This document shows positions 38,562 to 48,108 of a stretch of DNA of 64,000 bases, piece by piece. The translations under genes and the position numbers were made by a program. The notes beneath the pieces were generated by a model, which worked only from the letters and a program-made list of their open reading frames with translations, was not told the origin of the DNA and searched no databases. Positions within the stretch are counted from its first letter, which is position 1. Each line of letters starts with the position of its first letter. Source of the stretch: Chitinophagales bacterium (lineage in GTDB: Bacteria > Bacteroidota > Bacteroidia > Chitinophagales > UBA8649); the NCBI GenBank assembly GCA_020635995.1, contig JACJYS010000001.1:810477-874476 (forward strand), read 5' to 3'.

Positions 38562-39608
38562 ATGCTAAACACATCAGAAGCGAAAATCAATAAAATATCT
38601 ATACATGAAATAGGTGTAAAAAATGAAAATGAGGGAATAAAAATATCTGATAATCCTATAGAAATAGGAGATGAGGTGTTAAGTGAATTGCTGTTTACGT
38701 ACTTTTTTAAAAGTTTTAAAGTGCCAGAGTATTACAAATTTACTTTTAGCAATGGCGATGTAAACCTAAACCCCATGTTTAATTTTGTTAGAGCTATTTT
38801 TGATAATCCGGAATTGGCACACAATCAATCTATTTTTATAGCGAAGCATTTGTATGAGCAAAGTAGTCACCCAAATATAAAAGCAGGAGATTTATTGATA
38901 GCTTATATAGAGGATTTAGTGATAGATGAGCAAATGTATAATGCCATAGGTATTTTTAAGGCAGAAAGCAGAGATAGCTTTTTACAGTTTAAGCACTTAA
39001 ATAAGCAGATAAATTTAGATTACGAAAAAGGCGTTAATGTAGAAAAGCTGGATAAAGGATGCTTAATATTAAATGACGAAGAAAGCGATGGCTTTAAAAT
39101 ATGTATAGTAGATAAAGCCAATAAAAACCAAGAAGCACAGTACTGGCGAGAAGATTTTTTAAATGTAGTGCCTAAGGATGATGATTTTCATAACACGGCT
39201 AATTTTATAGATTTAACCACTTCATTTGTTAAAGAAAAATTGGCAAGCGAATATGATATAGAAAAATTTGAAGAAGCAGGAATTATAAATAGAAGTAAGG
39301 AGTATTTTAAGCGTGTTGACCGTTTTGAAGAAGATGAATATACCGATAGAGTTTTTTTTAGCAATAAAGCCATAATGGATGATTTTAAAATGTATAAAAA
39401 CGAGTTTGAGGAACGCAATAATGTGGACTTGCAAAATGAGTTTTTTGTATCGCCAGAAGCATTTAAAAAGAAATCAAGATTTATGAAAAGCATAATAAAA
39501 TTAGATAAAAACTTCCATATATACGTACACGGCAACCACGATATGATAGAAAAAGACAAAGACGAAAAAGGCACTTTTTATAAAGTGTATTATTATGAGG
39601 AGAGTTAG
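38562..39608 (+). CDS. nucleoid-associated protein, NdpA/YejK-like
   Basis: 348 aa. The N-terminal ISIHEIG pattern and overall length resemble Bacteroidota NdpA-family proteins. The call is from memory of the family only. Confidence 0.6.
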   Translation: MLNTSEAKINKISIHEIGVKNENEGIKISDNPIEIGDEVLSELLFTYFFKSFKVPEYYKFTFSNGDVNLNPMFNFVRAIFDNPELAHNQSIFIAKHLYEQSSHPNIKAGDLLIAYIEDLVIDEQMYNAIGIFKAESRDSFLQFKHLNKQINLDYEKGVNVEKLDKGCLILNDEESDGFKICIVDKANKNQEAQYWREDFLNVVPKDDDFHNTANFIDLTTSFVKEKLASEYDIEKFEEAGIINRSKEYFKRVDRFEEDEYTDRVFFSNKAIMDDFKMYKNEFEERNNVDLQNEFFVSPEAFKKKSRFMKSIIKLDKNFHIYVHGNHDMIEKDKDEKGTFYKVYYYEES

Positions 39609-39653
39609 GGCGGTGGCTTGTTTGAAAGCTAAACTTATCCGCCCCTTTCTTTA
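39608..39653 (+). terminator. putative intrinsic terminator after the NdpA-like gene
   Basis: GGGCGG (39608-39613) pairs with CCGCCC (39639-39644), with an inner GCTT/AAGC helix. CTTTCTTTAT follows. Confidence 0.5.
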
Positions 39654-39803
39654 TGAAAATATCAAAAATATTTCTTACATTTGGTTTATGAGTTTAATAG
39701 AAATAGTGGAAATTAGTAGAGATGACGAGCATAGGGACAAAGTGGTACAGTTAAATAAGATTGACCACAAGGCAAACAGTAATAACTTCTCCACCAGTTA
39801 TAG

Positions 39804-40211
39804 ATGAAAGTAGTAATGAATAGTGTTATTAAATATAATGCAATATTAATTTTTCTTATTTTGTTTAATAGATGTACATTTTCTGTTGATAAACAAATTG
39901 TAGGAAAGGTTTGGGTTATTGAAGAATGCTTATACTTTGAAGAATCAACTGAGGACACTATTTCTTTAATGCCTTACCTAAAAATAAATACACTCGTATT
40001 TAATATAGATAAAAGTTGTAGACACCCTTCATGGAATGGAGAAAATTGCGAATGGAGTTTGTTGAGCAATAGAGATTCAATAAAAATTATTTCAAATGAC
40101 GACTTTATTTCTGGTGTTTTTAAAATCAAATTAAGGAATAGGAAAGAAAACAATGTGCTTGAAATGTGCTTAGAATCTAAAAGTATTTATTTAAAATGCG
40201 TAAAGTTATAG
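39804..40211 (+). CDS. hypothetical small lipoprotein
   Basis: 135 aa with a hydrophobic leader ending LFNRC. I recognised no domain. Confidence 0.45.
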   Translation: MKVVMNSVIKYNAILIFLILFNRCTFSVDKQIVGKVWVIEECLYFEESTEDTISLMPYLKINTLVFNIDKSCRHPSWNGENCEWSLLSNRDSIKIISNDDFISGVFKIKLRNRKENNVLEMCLESKSIYLKCVKL

Positions 40212-40318
40212 TGTAATGAGGGGGTAGCCCCAATGTTGGTAAGATTTTGTAGCTCGTACTTTTAAAAATCCCATATATCCGTAGCTACACTGCACCCTGT
40301 TCGTACGGCTTTGCCTAC

Positions 40319-40337
40319 AGACTTACTAAGTAAGTCT
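40319..40337 (+). terminator. hairpin, possible terminator
   Basis: AGACTTAC-TAA-GTAAGTCT is a perfect 8-bp stem followed by TATTTG. Confidence 0.35.
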
Positions 40338-40624
40338 TATTTGCAACTTTTCTAAGATAAATTTAACAGCATTCATTCACCGTATTTTTATTTTATGCAA
40401 GTAAAAGTGGGAATACTCCATATTTTAATTGGAGCATTTAGTAGAATAGTTTACCAATTTAAGCTAAAAATGTGGATAACTATACACATATTCATAACTC
40501 TAATCATATCAATGCTTTCTGAATTTACATCAACATTTAACTAACAAATTTCTTCATTAATCAACAGGTTTATCCACTAAAACAATAAAATCTGTGCAAA
40601 AAATGTTAATAATAAATAGGGTTA

Positions 40625-40654
40625 AAAAGTGTAGAAAAGTGGGAAAATGTGTCA
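40625..40654 (+). promoter_or_regulatory. putative MraZ operator: three 10-bp-phased GTGK boxes
   Basis: AAAAGTGTAG AAAAGTGGGA AAATGTGTCA lies 47-76 bp upstream of the mraZ ATG. It matches the known architecture of MraZ-binding repeats (GTGG/TGGG-type boxes at 10-bp spacing). Confidence 0.6.
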
Positions 40655-40700
40655 AAAACGTATACTTTTATGTCAGATTTAAAAAATCGGTGGATAAATA

Positions 40701-41171
40701 ATGAGTTTTTTAGGCGAATACGAAATTAAAATTGACAATAAGGGACGCTTGCGTTTGCCTACGGCTTTAAAGCAGCAGCTTAAGCCGGAGGTTAAAGGTC
40801 GCTTTGTGGTTAATAGAGGTTTTGAAGATTGTCTTGAAATCTATCCTTTTGATGTATGGGAAAAGGTTCGTGCTAAAGTGGAAAAACTAAATCAGTTTAA
40901 AAAGAAAGAACGCCAGTTTATCCGATACTTTTTGCGTGGAGCTACAGAAGTGGTGCTTGATTCTGCCGATAGATTAAATATTCCATCACACTTATTAAAG
41001 TATGCCGGTATTGATGGTGATGCTATATTAACGCCAGGCAAAAACACTTTAGAACTTTGGAATAAAGAAAAATATGAGGCAGAAATATCTATGGAGTCTG
41101 AAGATTTTGCCGATTTAGCAGAAGATGTGCTTGGAGATATGGATGTAGATATAAATGATGAAAAAGAATAA
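40701..41171 (+). CDS. mraZ: division/cell wall cluster transcriptional regulator MraZ
   Basis: 156 aa with two SpoVT-AbrB-like halves (DNKGRLRLP and DSADRLNIP). Confidence 0.95.
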   Translation: MSFLGEYEIKIDNKGRLRLPTALKQQLKPEVKGRFVVNRGFEDCLEIYPFDVWEKVRAKVEKLNQFKKKERQFIRYFLRGATEVVLDSADRLNIPSHLLKYAGIDGDAILTPGKNTLELWNKEKYEAEISMESEDFADLAEDVLGDMDVDINDEKE

Positions 41172-41177
41172 GCATTT

Positions 41178-42086
41178 ATGGAGCAACAAGACTATCATAT
41201 ATCGGTATTGCTTCATGAGTGTACAGAGGCTTTGCAAATAAATCCTAACGGAAAATATGTAGATGTAACTTTTGGAGGTGGAGGACATAGTAAAGAAATA
41301 CTTAAAAAATTAAACAAAGGTGTTTTATATGCTTTTGACCAAGATAAAGATGCTGTAGGAAACTTAATTGATAATGAAAATTTGGTTTTTGTGGGGCATA
41401 ATTTTAGGTTTTTAAAACGCTTTTTAAAATACCGTGAAGCCATACCTGTAAACGGAATTTTGGCAGATTTGGGAATTAGTTCTTTTCAAATAGATGAAGG
41501 CGAGAAAGGTTTTTCTACCCGTTTTGACGGGCCATTAGATATGAGAATGAACCAAAGTGCAGCATTAACCGCACAAAAAATACTGGAACAGTATAGTGAA
41601 GATGATTTAGTGCGTGTTTTTTCTGAGTATGGCGAAGTGCGAAACTCAAAAACTTTGGCAAAAGAGATAGTGAACGCAAGAGGTAGGGGCGTAAAGTTTG
41701 AAACCACATCTTCTTTTATTTCTTTTTTAGAAGGCTTGGTTATGGGGGGGAATCCTAATAGGTATTTTGCTCAAGTTTTTCAGGCGTTAAGAATAGAAGT
41801 TAATGATGAAATGGAAGCTTTGAAAGAGATGTTGCAACAAGCTTACGAAGTTTTAGCCGAAGGAGGAATTTTGGCAGTTATTACTTTTCATTCTTTGGAA
41901 GACAGATTGGTAAAAAACTTTATGAAAACGGGAAATTTTGAAGGAGAGAGAATTACTGATGAGTTTGGGGTAAGCCAAAAGTATTTTAAAGTATTAACTA
42001 AAAAACCAATAGAAGCAAGTAAAGAAGAACTAAAACTAAATGCAAGATCAAGAAGTGCAAAATTGAGAGTAGCACAAAAGATATAA
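41178..42086 (+). CDS. rsmH: 16S rRNA (cytosine1402-N4)-methyltransferase
   Basis: 302 aa. Motifs HISVLLHE, DVTFGGGGHS, DLGISSFQ and FHSLEDR are present. Confidence 0.95.
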   Translation: MEQQDYHISVLLHECTEALQINPNGKYVDVTFGGGGHSKEILKKLNKGVLYAFDQDKDAVGNLIDNENLVFVGHNFRFLKRFLKYREAIPVNGILADLGISSFQIDEGEKGFSTRFDGPLDMRMNQSAALTAQKILEQYSEDDLVRVFSEYGEVRNSKTLAKEIVNARGRGVKFETTSSFISFLEGLVMGGNPNRYFAQVFQALRIEVNDEMEALKEMLQQAYEVLAEGGILAVITFHSLEDRLVKNFMKTGNFEGERITDEFGVSQKYFKVLTKKPIEASKEELKLNARSRSAKLRVAQKI

Positions 42087-42091
42087 ACTAA

Positions 42092-42436
42092 ATGACAGAG
42101 GAAAACAACAATAGAATAGAACAAGTGAAAGAAACTTTGAAAGAAAGGTCAAAGTTTGATGACAAAAATTGGTTTAATAATCTACCATTAGTGTTGTTTA
42201 TAGCTCTTTTAGGTGTACTTCATGTGGCTAATAATCATACGGCAGAGAGTAAAATAAGAAGAATAAATGCTGTAGAAAAAGATATAAAGGAATTGCGGTG
42301 GTTGTATATGACCTCAAAATCTGAGCTGATGTATAAAAGCAAGCAAAGTGAAGTGGCTAAAATGGTGGAAGAAACAGGTTTAAAAGAACTAACACAACCG
42401 CCTTATAAAATTAAAGTAGAAGAAAGTGAGTATTAA
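42092..42436 (+). CDS. ftsL: FtsL-like cell division protein (Bacteroidota type)
   Basis: 114 aa bitopic protein with a coiled-coil segment. It lies between rsmH and ftsI. Confidence 0.7.
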   Translation: MTEENNNRIEQVKETLKERSKFDDKNWFNNLPLVLFIALLGVLHVANNHTAESKIRRINAVEKDIKELRWLYMTSKSELMYKSKQSEVAKMVEETGLKELTQPPYKIKVEESEY

Positions 42437-44561
42437 TAAAAGAAAAGAAATAATGTGGCGTATGTGGCTGGCAATACTGTTTCCGGTATTGGCAGGCTGT
42501 GCTGTGGTATTTCAAACTTTTAAAATACAAGTTATAGAAGGTGCAGAATGGCGAGATATGGCAGATAGTCTTACAGTGGTATCAAGAACTATAGAGCCGG
42601 AAAGAGGAAATATATACTCTGAAGATGGGAGTTTGCTTTCTACCTCTTTGCCGTTTTTTGAGGTGCGTATAGATTTTAAGTCGGAGCCAATGACTGATGA
42701 AATTTTTAATAAAAATGTTGATTCTTTGGCTTATATGATGAGTCTTAAAATTGGAGCTAAAAGCAAAGATGCCTACAAAAAGGAGTTAATTAAAAATAGA
42801 CAAAAAGGCAATAGATATTATTTAGTAAAAAGAAATGTTACTTATCCTGTGCTAAAAGATATGATGCAGTGGCCGTTTTTTAAGTTGGGTAAGTATAAAT
42901 CGGGCATGATAGTATTGCAAAAAAACAAAAGAATAACACCTTTTGGCATTTTAGCAGAAAGAACTATAGGTTTTAAAAGAGTAGTACCTAATCCAAGTAT
43001 AAAAGATAAAATGGATACCATTAGAGTGGGCATAGAAGGCGGTTTTGATGAATATTTGGCAGGAATAGAAGGGCAAATGTTGATGCAGCGTATTTCTGGT
43101 GGAAATTATATTCCATTGGGTGGAAACGGCAATATAGAACCTCAAGCCGGATATGATGTTACCATGACTATAGATGTTAATATGCAAGATGTTACAGAAG
43201 ATGCTTTGTTAAAAACATTGCAAAATGTAAATGCAGATAATGGAACGGCTATAGTAATGGAGGTTAAAACGGGCAAAATAAAAGCCATTGCTAATTTGAC
43301 TTATAGAAATAGTATAAACAATTATATAGAATACTACAATTATGCAGTGGGAGCCAATACAGAACCCGGCTCTACTTTTAAGCTGGTAACTATGGCGGCA
43401 TTAATAGAAGATGGATATGTAAAAAATGTACTAAAAGATACGGTAAATATAGAGGGCGGAAAAAAGAAATTTGCCGATAGAAATATGAGAGATGTTCATC
43501 ACTTTAAAAATGATGTAATTACGGTAAAAGAAGCATTTGCTCATTCTTCAAATGTGGGAACGGCAAAATTAACAGTAAAAGCTTATGGTAAAAATCCGGA
43601 TAAATTTTACAATAAACTGTTAGATTTTCATTTAGATAATCCCGTAGGTATTGAAATTACTGGCGAAACTGCTCCTACAATTCATCCTCCTAAAGATTGG
43701 AGTTTGGTATCATTGCCGTGGATGAGCACAGGCTACGAAATGCAGTATTCTCCATTGCAATTATTAACTTTTTATAATGCCGTGGCTAATAATGGAAAAA
43801 TGATGAAACCTTATTTGGTTTCTTCTATTGATGAGCTGGGAAAACCTGTTGAAAAATTTTCTCCAATAGTAATTGATAAACATATATTAAACGAAGGAAC
43901 TATCAGTCAGCTAAAAATATTGTTAGAATCTGTTTTTGAAGAAGGCTCGGCTGTAAACCTGCAAGCTAAAAACTTTAAAATGGCGGGCAAAACAGGAACA
44001 GCCAGAATAGCAAATGCCGAAACTAATTATACCGATAAAATGTATCAAGCTTCTTTTGCAGGTTATTTTCCGGCAGATGACCCAAAATATTCTATGATAG
44101 TGGTAATTAACAATCCTAAAAAAGGATATTATGGAGGAGCAATAGCTGGACCGGTATTTAAAGAAGTGGCAGAAAAAGTGTATGCCAGTGGAATAGATTC
44201 TCATTCTGATATAGAAACCAAGCCTTTGGTGGCAGATTATAGCATACCAAGACTGGGAAATCTTAATGAAAAAGATGCAGAACAAATATATAACAGCTTA
44301 GGCTTTTCTTTTCATAGCGAAATTAATTCGGACTATGGTTTTGTAAAAAAATCTAATAATGCCATGACCTTAGCTTCAAATAATTTAGTAGATGGCTTAG
44401 TACCTAATATGGTAGGTATGGATTTAAAAGATGCGGTTTATGTAGCAGAAAAAAATGGACTAAAAGTAAATGTAGCAGGCAAAGGCAAAGTAATAAGCCA
44501 AAGCCTTAGTGCAGGAGAAAATTTTATAAAAGGACAAACAATAAGATTAACATTAGATTGA
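42426..44561 (+). CDS. ftsI: penicillin-binding protein 3 (transpeptidase) with C-terminal PASTA domain
   Basis: 711 aa. It has a PBP dimerisation domain, the transpeptidase motifs STFK, SSN and KTGT, and a terminal PASTA-like segment (VPNMVGMDLKDAVYVAEKNGLKVNVAGKGKV). GTG start; ATG alternatives occur at codons 10 and 13. Confidence 0.9.
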   Translation: MSINKRKEIMWRMWLAILFPVLAGCAVVFQTFKIQVIEGAEWRDMADSLTVVSRTIEPERGNIYSEDGSLLSTSLPFFEVRIDFKSEPMTDEIFNKNVDSLAYMMSLKIGAKSKDAYKKELIKNRQKGNRYYLVKRNVTYPVLKDMMQWPFFKLGKYKSGMIVLQKNKRITPFGILAERTIGFKRVVPNPSIKDKMDTIRVGIEGGFDEYLAGIEGQMLMQRISGGNYIPLGGNGNIEPQAGYDVTMTIDVNMQDVTEDALLKTLQNVNADNGTAIVMEVKTGKIKAIANLTYRNSINNYIEYYNYAVGANTEPGSTFKLVTMAALIEDGYVKNVLKDTVNIEGGKKKFADRNMRDVHHFKNDVITVKEAFAHSSNVGTAKLTVKAYGKNPDKFYNKLLDFHLDNPVGIEITGETAPTIHPPKDWSLVSLPWMSTGYEMQYSPLQLLTFYNAVANNGKMMKPYLVSSIDELGKPVEKFSPIVIDKHILNEGTISQLKILLESVFEEGSAVNLQAKNFKMAGKTGTARIANAETNYTDKMYQASFAGYFPADDPKYSMIVVINNPKKGYYGGAIAGPVFKEVAEKVYASGIDSHSDIETKPLVADYSIPRLGNLNEKDAEQIYNSLGFSFHSEINSDYGFVKKSNNAMTLASNNLVDGLVPNMVGMDLKDAVYVAEKNGLKVNVAGKGKVISQSLSAGENFIKGQTIRLTLD

Positions 44562-46024
44562 AAAAATTAAAAGACATATTACTTGGGGTTAGCATTGTAG
44601 ATGTTGATGGAAATACTAATGTAAATGTATCTAAATTAACTTTAGATTCAAGAGCTGTAGAAAAAAATACCGTTTTTGTTGCCATAGAAGGTACACAAGT
44701 AGATGGACATTTATACATAAATAAAGCTATTGAAAACGGAGCAAGTGTTATTGTTTATGATAAATTAATAGAAAAAATTGTAGAAGGAGTAACATACGTA
44801 AAAGTTAAAAACTCATCTGAAGCGTTAGGAGTAATTTCTTCCAATTTTTACGACAATCCATCGTCAAAAATGCAGTTAGTGGCCATAACGGGTACTAATG
44901 GCAAAACATCGGTAGCCACATTGTTATATCAGTTGTTTACAAAAATGGGTTATGCTTGTGGTTTGCTTTCTACTGTAGAAAATAAAATAATAGACAAAGT
45001 AGTAAAAGCTACACATACCACACCTAATGCCGTAGCCATAAATGCACTTTTAGCAGAAATGGTAGCAGCAGGTTGCTCCTATTGTTTTATGGAAGCCAGC
45101 TCGCACGCTATTCATCAAAATAGAATGTTTGGTTTGCAATTAGCAGGAGCTGTTTTTACTAATTTAACACACGACCATTTAGATTATCACAAAACTTTTA
45201 AAGAGTATTTGTTAGCTAAAAAAGCTTTGTTTGACAATTTACCTAAAACAGCTTTTGCATTAGCTAATGCCGATGATAAAAACGGGAAAATAATGCTGCA
45301 AAATACAGTAGCCGCTAAAAAATATTATGCTATAAAAGGCAAAGCCGATTTTTCTGCCAGAGTTTTAGAAAGTGATTTTTCAGGTACAATGTTAAATATT
45401 AATGGCAATGAATTGCACGTAAAATTAATAGGCGATTTTAATGCTTACAATTTATTGGCAGTGTATGGCGTAGCAAAATTATTAAACCAAGAAACTACCG
45501 ATGTGTTGGTGGCTATGAGTACACTTTCCGGAGCCGAGGGTAGATTTGAATATAGCATTTCTAAACAAAATAATGTAGTGGGAATTGTAGATTATGCACA
45601 TACGCCAGATGCCTTAAAAAAAGTATTGGAAACCATTAATATGCTTAATTCAAAAAGAAACAACATAATAACCGTAGTAGGCTGTGGTGGCGATAGAGAT
45701 AAAACCAAAAGACCTTTAATGGCTGCTATTTCTGCTAAGTTGAGCAATAAAGTTATACTTACTTCTGATAATCCAAGAACTGAGCAAGCAAGTGAAATAT
45801 TGGCAGATATGATGAAAGGCATAGGTGTGTTAGAAAAGAAAAAAACCTTGGTAATAGAAAACAGAAAAGAAGCTATAAGAACAGCGGTAATGTTGGCAAA
45901 TGAAGAAGATATAATATTAGTGGCAGGCAAAGGACATGAAAATTATCAAGAGATAAACGGAGTACGTCATCATTTTGACGACAAAGAAGAACTTTTGGCA
46001 GCTTTTGAATTAATGTGTGAATGA
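44558..46024 (+). CDS. murE: UDP-N-acetylmuramoyl-L-alanyl-D-glutamate--2,6-diaminopimelate ligase
   Basis: 488 aa. Mur ligase P-loop GTNGKTS, the DNPR motif (TSDNPRTE) and the dcw position. TTG start overlapping the ftsI stop. Confidence 0.9.
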   Translation: MKKLKDILLGVSIVDVDGNTNVNVSKLTLDSRAVEKNTVFVAIEGTQVDGHLYINKAIENGASVIVYDKLIEKIVEGVTYVKVKNSSEALGVISSNFYDNPSSKMQLVAITGTNGKTSVATLLYQLFTKMGYACGLLSTVENKIIDKVVKATHTTPNAVAINALLAEMVAAGCSYCFMEASSHAIHQNRMFGLQLAGAVFTNLTHDHLDYHKTFKEYLLAKKALFDNLPKTAFALANADDKNGKIMLQNTVAAKKYYAIKGKADFSARVLESDFSGTMLNINGNELHVKLIGDFNAYNLLAVYGVAKLLNQETTDVLVAMSTLSGAEGRFEYSISKQNNVVGIVDYAHTPDALKKVLETINMLNSKRNNIITVVGCGGDRDKTKRPLMAAISAKLSNKVILTSDNPRTEQASEILADMMKGIGVLEKKKTLVIENRKEAIRTAVMLANEEDIILVAGKGHENYQEINGVRHHFDDKEELLAAFELMCE

Positions 46025-46068
46025 TTGAATGTGTGAATTAGATAATTGGATAATGTGAGAATTTAAAA

Positions 46069-46431
46069 ATGGGTGAAAAGAGAGAAAATATAGTTTTAAA
46101 TAAATCAATACAGTTTTCAATGGATATAATTGAATTTACAGAACAACTATATGAAATGAAAAGATATAGACTTGCTGACCAAATCTTTGGAAGTGGAACT
46201 TCAATAGGAGCAAATGTTAGGGAAGCTCAGTCTGCTGAGAGTATAAAAGATTTTATTCACAAAATGAAAATAGCACATAAAGAAGCTTATGAAGTTGAAT
46301 ATTGGTTGTTGTTATGTAAGGAAAGTAAATATTATCCATTTGAAGAAAAATTATTGAAAGAAGCTGAAGAATTATTAAAAATTATTGGAAAAATAATTCA
46401 TACTTCTAAACAAAACATAAAAAGAAATTGA
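46069..46431 (+). CDS. four-helix-bundle protein (23S rRNA intervening-sequence protein / Avd-like family), copy 1
   Basis: 120 aa. The family pattern is present: a helical N-terminus, GSGTSIGANVREAQSAES and FIHKMKIAHKEAYEVEYWLLL. Confidence 0.8.
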   Translation: MGEKRENIVLNKSIQFSMDIIEFTEQLYEMKRYRLADQIFGSGTSIGANVREAQSAESIKDFIHKMKIAHKEAYEVEYWLLLCKESKYYPFEEKLLKEAEELLKIIGKIIHTSKQNIKRN

Positions 46432-46466
46432 ATTATTAGAAAATTAAAAAATTCGCACATTAAAAG

Positions 46467-47720
46467 ATGTTATACCATATTTTCCATACAATAGAGCAGT
46501 ACATGCACCTTCCGGGAGCAAGATTATTTGAATTCTTGTCTTTCAGAGCGGCAATGGCGGCTATTTTGTCTTTAGTTATATCTATAATTTTTGGCGATTT
46601 AGTAATAAACAAACTTCGCAGGCTACAAATAGGCGAAACCGTAAGAGATTTGGGTTTAACAGGTCAGAAAGAAAAGCAAGGAACACCTACTATGGGCGGT
46701 ATTCTTATTTTAATGGCTATTCTTATTCCCACTTTGTTATTTGCCAAACTAAATAATATTTATATTATCATAATGTTAGTAGCCACAGTTTGGATGGGCT
46801 TAATAGGTTTTTTAGATGATTACATTAAGGTTTTTAAGAAAAATAAAGAAGGATTAAAAGGCAAATTTAAAGTGGTAGGGCAAGTAGGCTTAGGCATATT
46901 TGTGGGAGCAGTTATGTATTTCCACCCCGATATATATGTAAAGCAAGAAGTATCTCAAAATGAAGCTACTAAGTTTCCTGTAGAGCAAATTTCTACCATT
47001 ACAGATTTTGAAGGAGGAGAAAGATATATGGCAGCCATAGATGCACCTATTACCAATATTCCTTTTATAAAAGGCAATGAGTTTAACTACGAAAAAATAC
47101 TAACCATTATCAATCCCGATTGGCGTTGGTTGGGTTGGATAATTTTTATTCCTGCGGTTATATTCATTATTACGGCAGTTTCTAATGGAGCTAATTTAAC
47201 AGACGGAATAGACGGTTTAGCCACAGGTTCATCGGCTATTATTGGAGTAGTATTGTTTGTATTTACTTATGTTTCGGGCAATATTATTTTTGCTAATTAT
47301 TTAGATATTTTATACATCCCCAATGCGGCAGAGCTTACCATTTTTGTGGCAGCATTTGTAGGGGCGTGTATTGGTTTTTTGTGGCAAAATTCATATCCGG
47401 CTAAAGTTTTTATGGGCGATACAGGAAGTTTAGCCATAGGTGGAATTATAGCCACCATAGCTATTTTAACCAGAAAAGAATTGCTATTGCCGTTATTGGC
47501 AGGCATATTTTTAGCAGAAAATCTGTCGGTAATACTGCAAGTAAGTTATTTTAAATACACCAAAAAGAAATACGGAGAAGGGAAAAGAATATTCCTAATG
47601 TCGCCATTGCATCATCATTACCAAAAGAAAGGGTATCATGAAGCAAAAATTGTAACCCGATTTTGGATAATAGGAATACTACTGGCAATATTAAGTATAG
47701 TAACATTAAAAATAAGATAA
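46467..47720 (+). CDS. mraY: phospho-N-acetylmuramoyl-pentapeptide-transferase
   Basis: 417 aa polytopic protein. Motifs [29 protein letters not shown] and PLHHH are present. Confidence 0.95.
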   Translation: MLYHIFHTIEQYMHLPGARLFEFLSFRAAMAAILSLVISIIFGDLVINKLRRLQIGETVRDLGLTGQKEKQGTPTMGGILILMAILIPTLLFAKLNNIYIIIMLVATVWMGLIGFLDDYIKVFKKNKEGLKGKFKVVGQVGLGIFVGAVMYFHPDIYVKQEVSQNEATKFPVEQISTITDFEGGERYMAAIDAPITNIPFIKGNEFNYEKILTIINPDWRWLGWIIFIPAVIFIITAVSNGANLTDGIDGLATGSSAIIGVVLFVFTYVSGNIIFANYLDILYIPNAAELTIFVAAFVGACIGFLWQNSYPAKVFMGDTGSLAIGGIIATIAILTRKELLLPLLAGIFLAENLSVILQVSYFKYTKKKYGEGKRIFLMSPLHHHYQKKGYHEAKIVTRFWIIGILLAILSIVTLKIR

Positions 47721-47721
47721 A

Positions 47722-48108
47722 ATGAGAACGAAATTAATTTTTTGCGCAAGCGATGATGAAATGACCGAATTTATAGTTTGGTTAGATTTAGATAGAATAC
47801 CTGAAAAATCGGATGAAGTAGATATTCATGCTTTTTTAAAGAAAAAAGATATTGATTATATAATAAGTACTATTCCAGAGGAAAGTTTGATGTTTTCATT
47901 CTTTTCCGTGTTTTCTGTAATATTAACAAAAGACGAAAAAGGCATTTATTACGCTATTTATATCAATTCTAATTATGAGGAAATGAATAATTTGTTTAGT
48001 CAACTTGGAGATGAAGATGATGACTTTGATTTTGATGAATTTGACGATTATGATGATGACGATTTTGAAGATTACGATGATGAAAGCGACAATTTATTTA
48101 TTAATTAA
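47722..48108 (+). CDS. hypothetical protein with extreme acidic/aromatic C-terminal tail
   Basis: 128 aa. The ATG is 1 nt after the mraY stop, and the stop codon abuts the murD GTG. The tail is GDEDDDFDFDEFDDYDDDDFEDYDDESDN. I recognised no family. Confidence 0.6.
   Translation: MRTKLIFCASDDEMTEFIVWLDLDRIPEKSDEVDIHAFLKKKDIDYIISTIPEESLMFSFFSVFSVILTKDEKGIYYAIYINSNYEEMNNLFSQLGDEDDDFDFDEFDDYDDDDFEDYDDESDNLFIN

Noticed and set aside
39595-39807. 70-aa ORF between the NdpA-like gene and the small lipoprotein gene
   Set aside because: It spans the predicted terminator hairpin, has no convincing start context or domain, and overlaps both neighbours.
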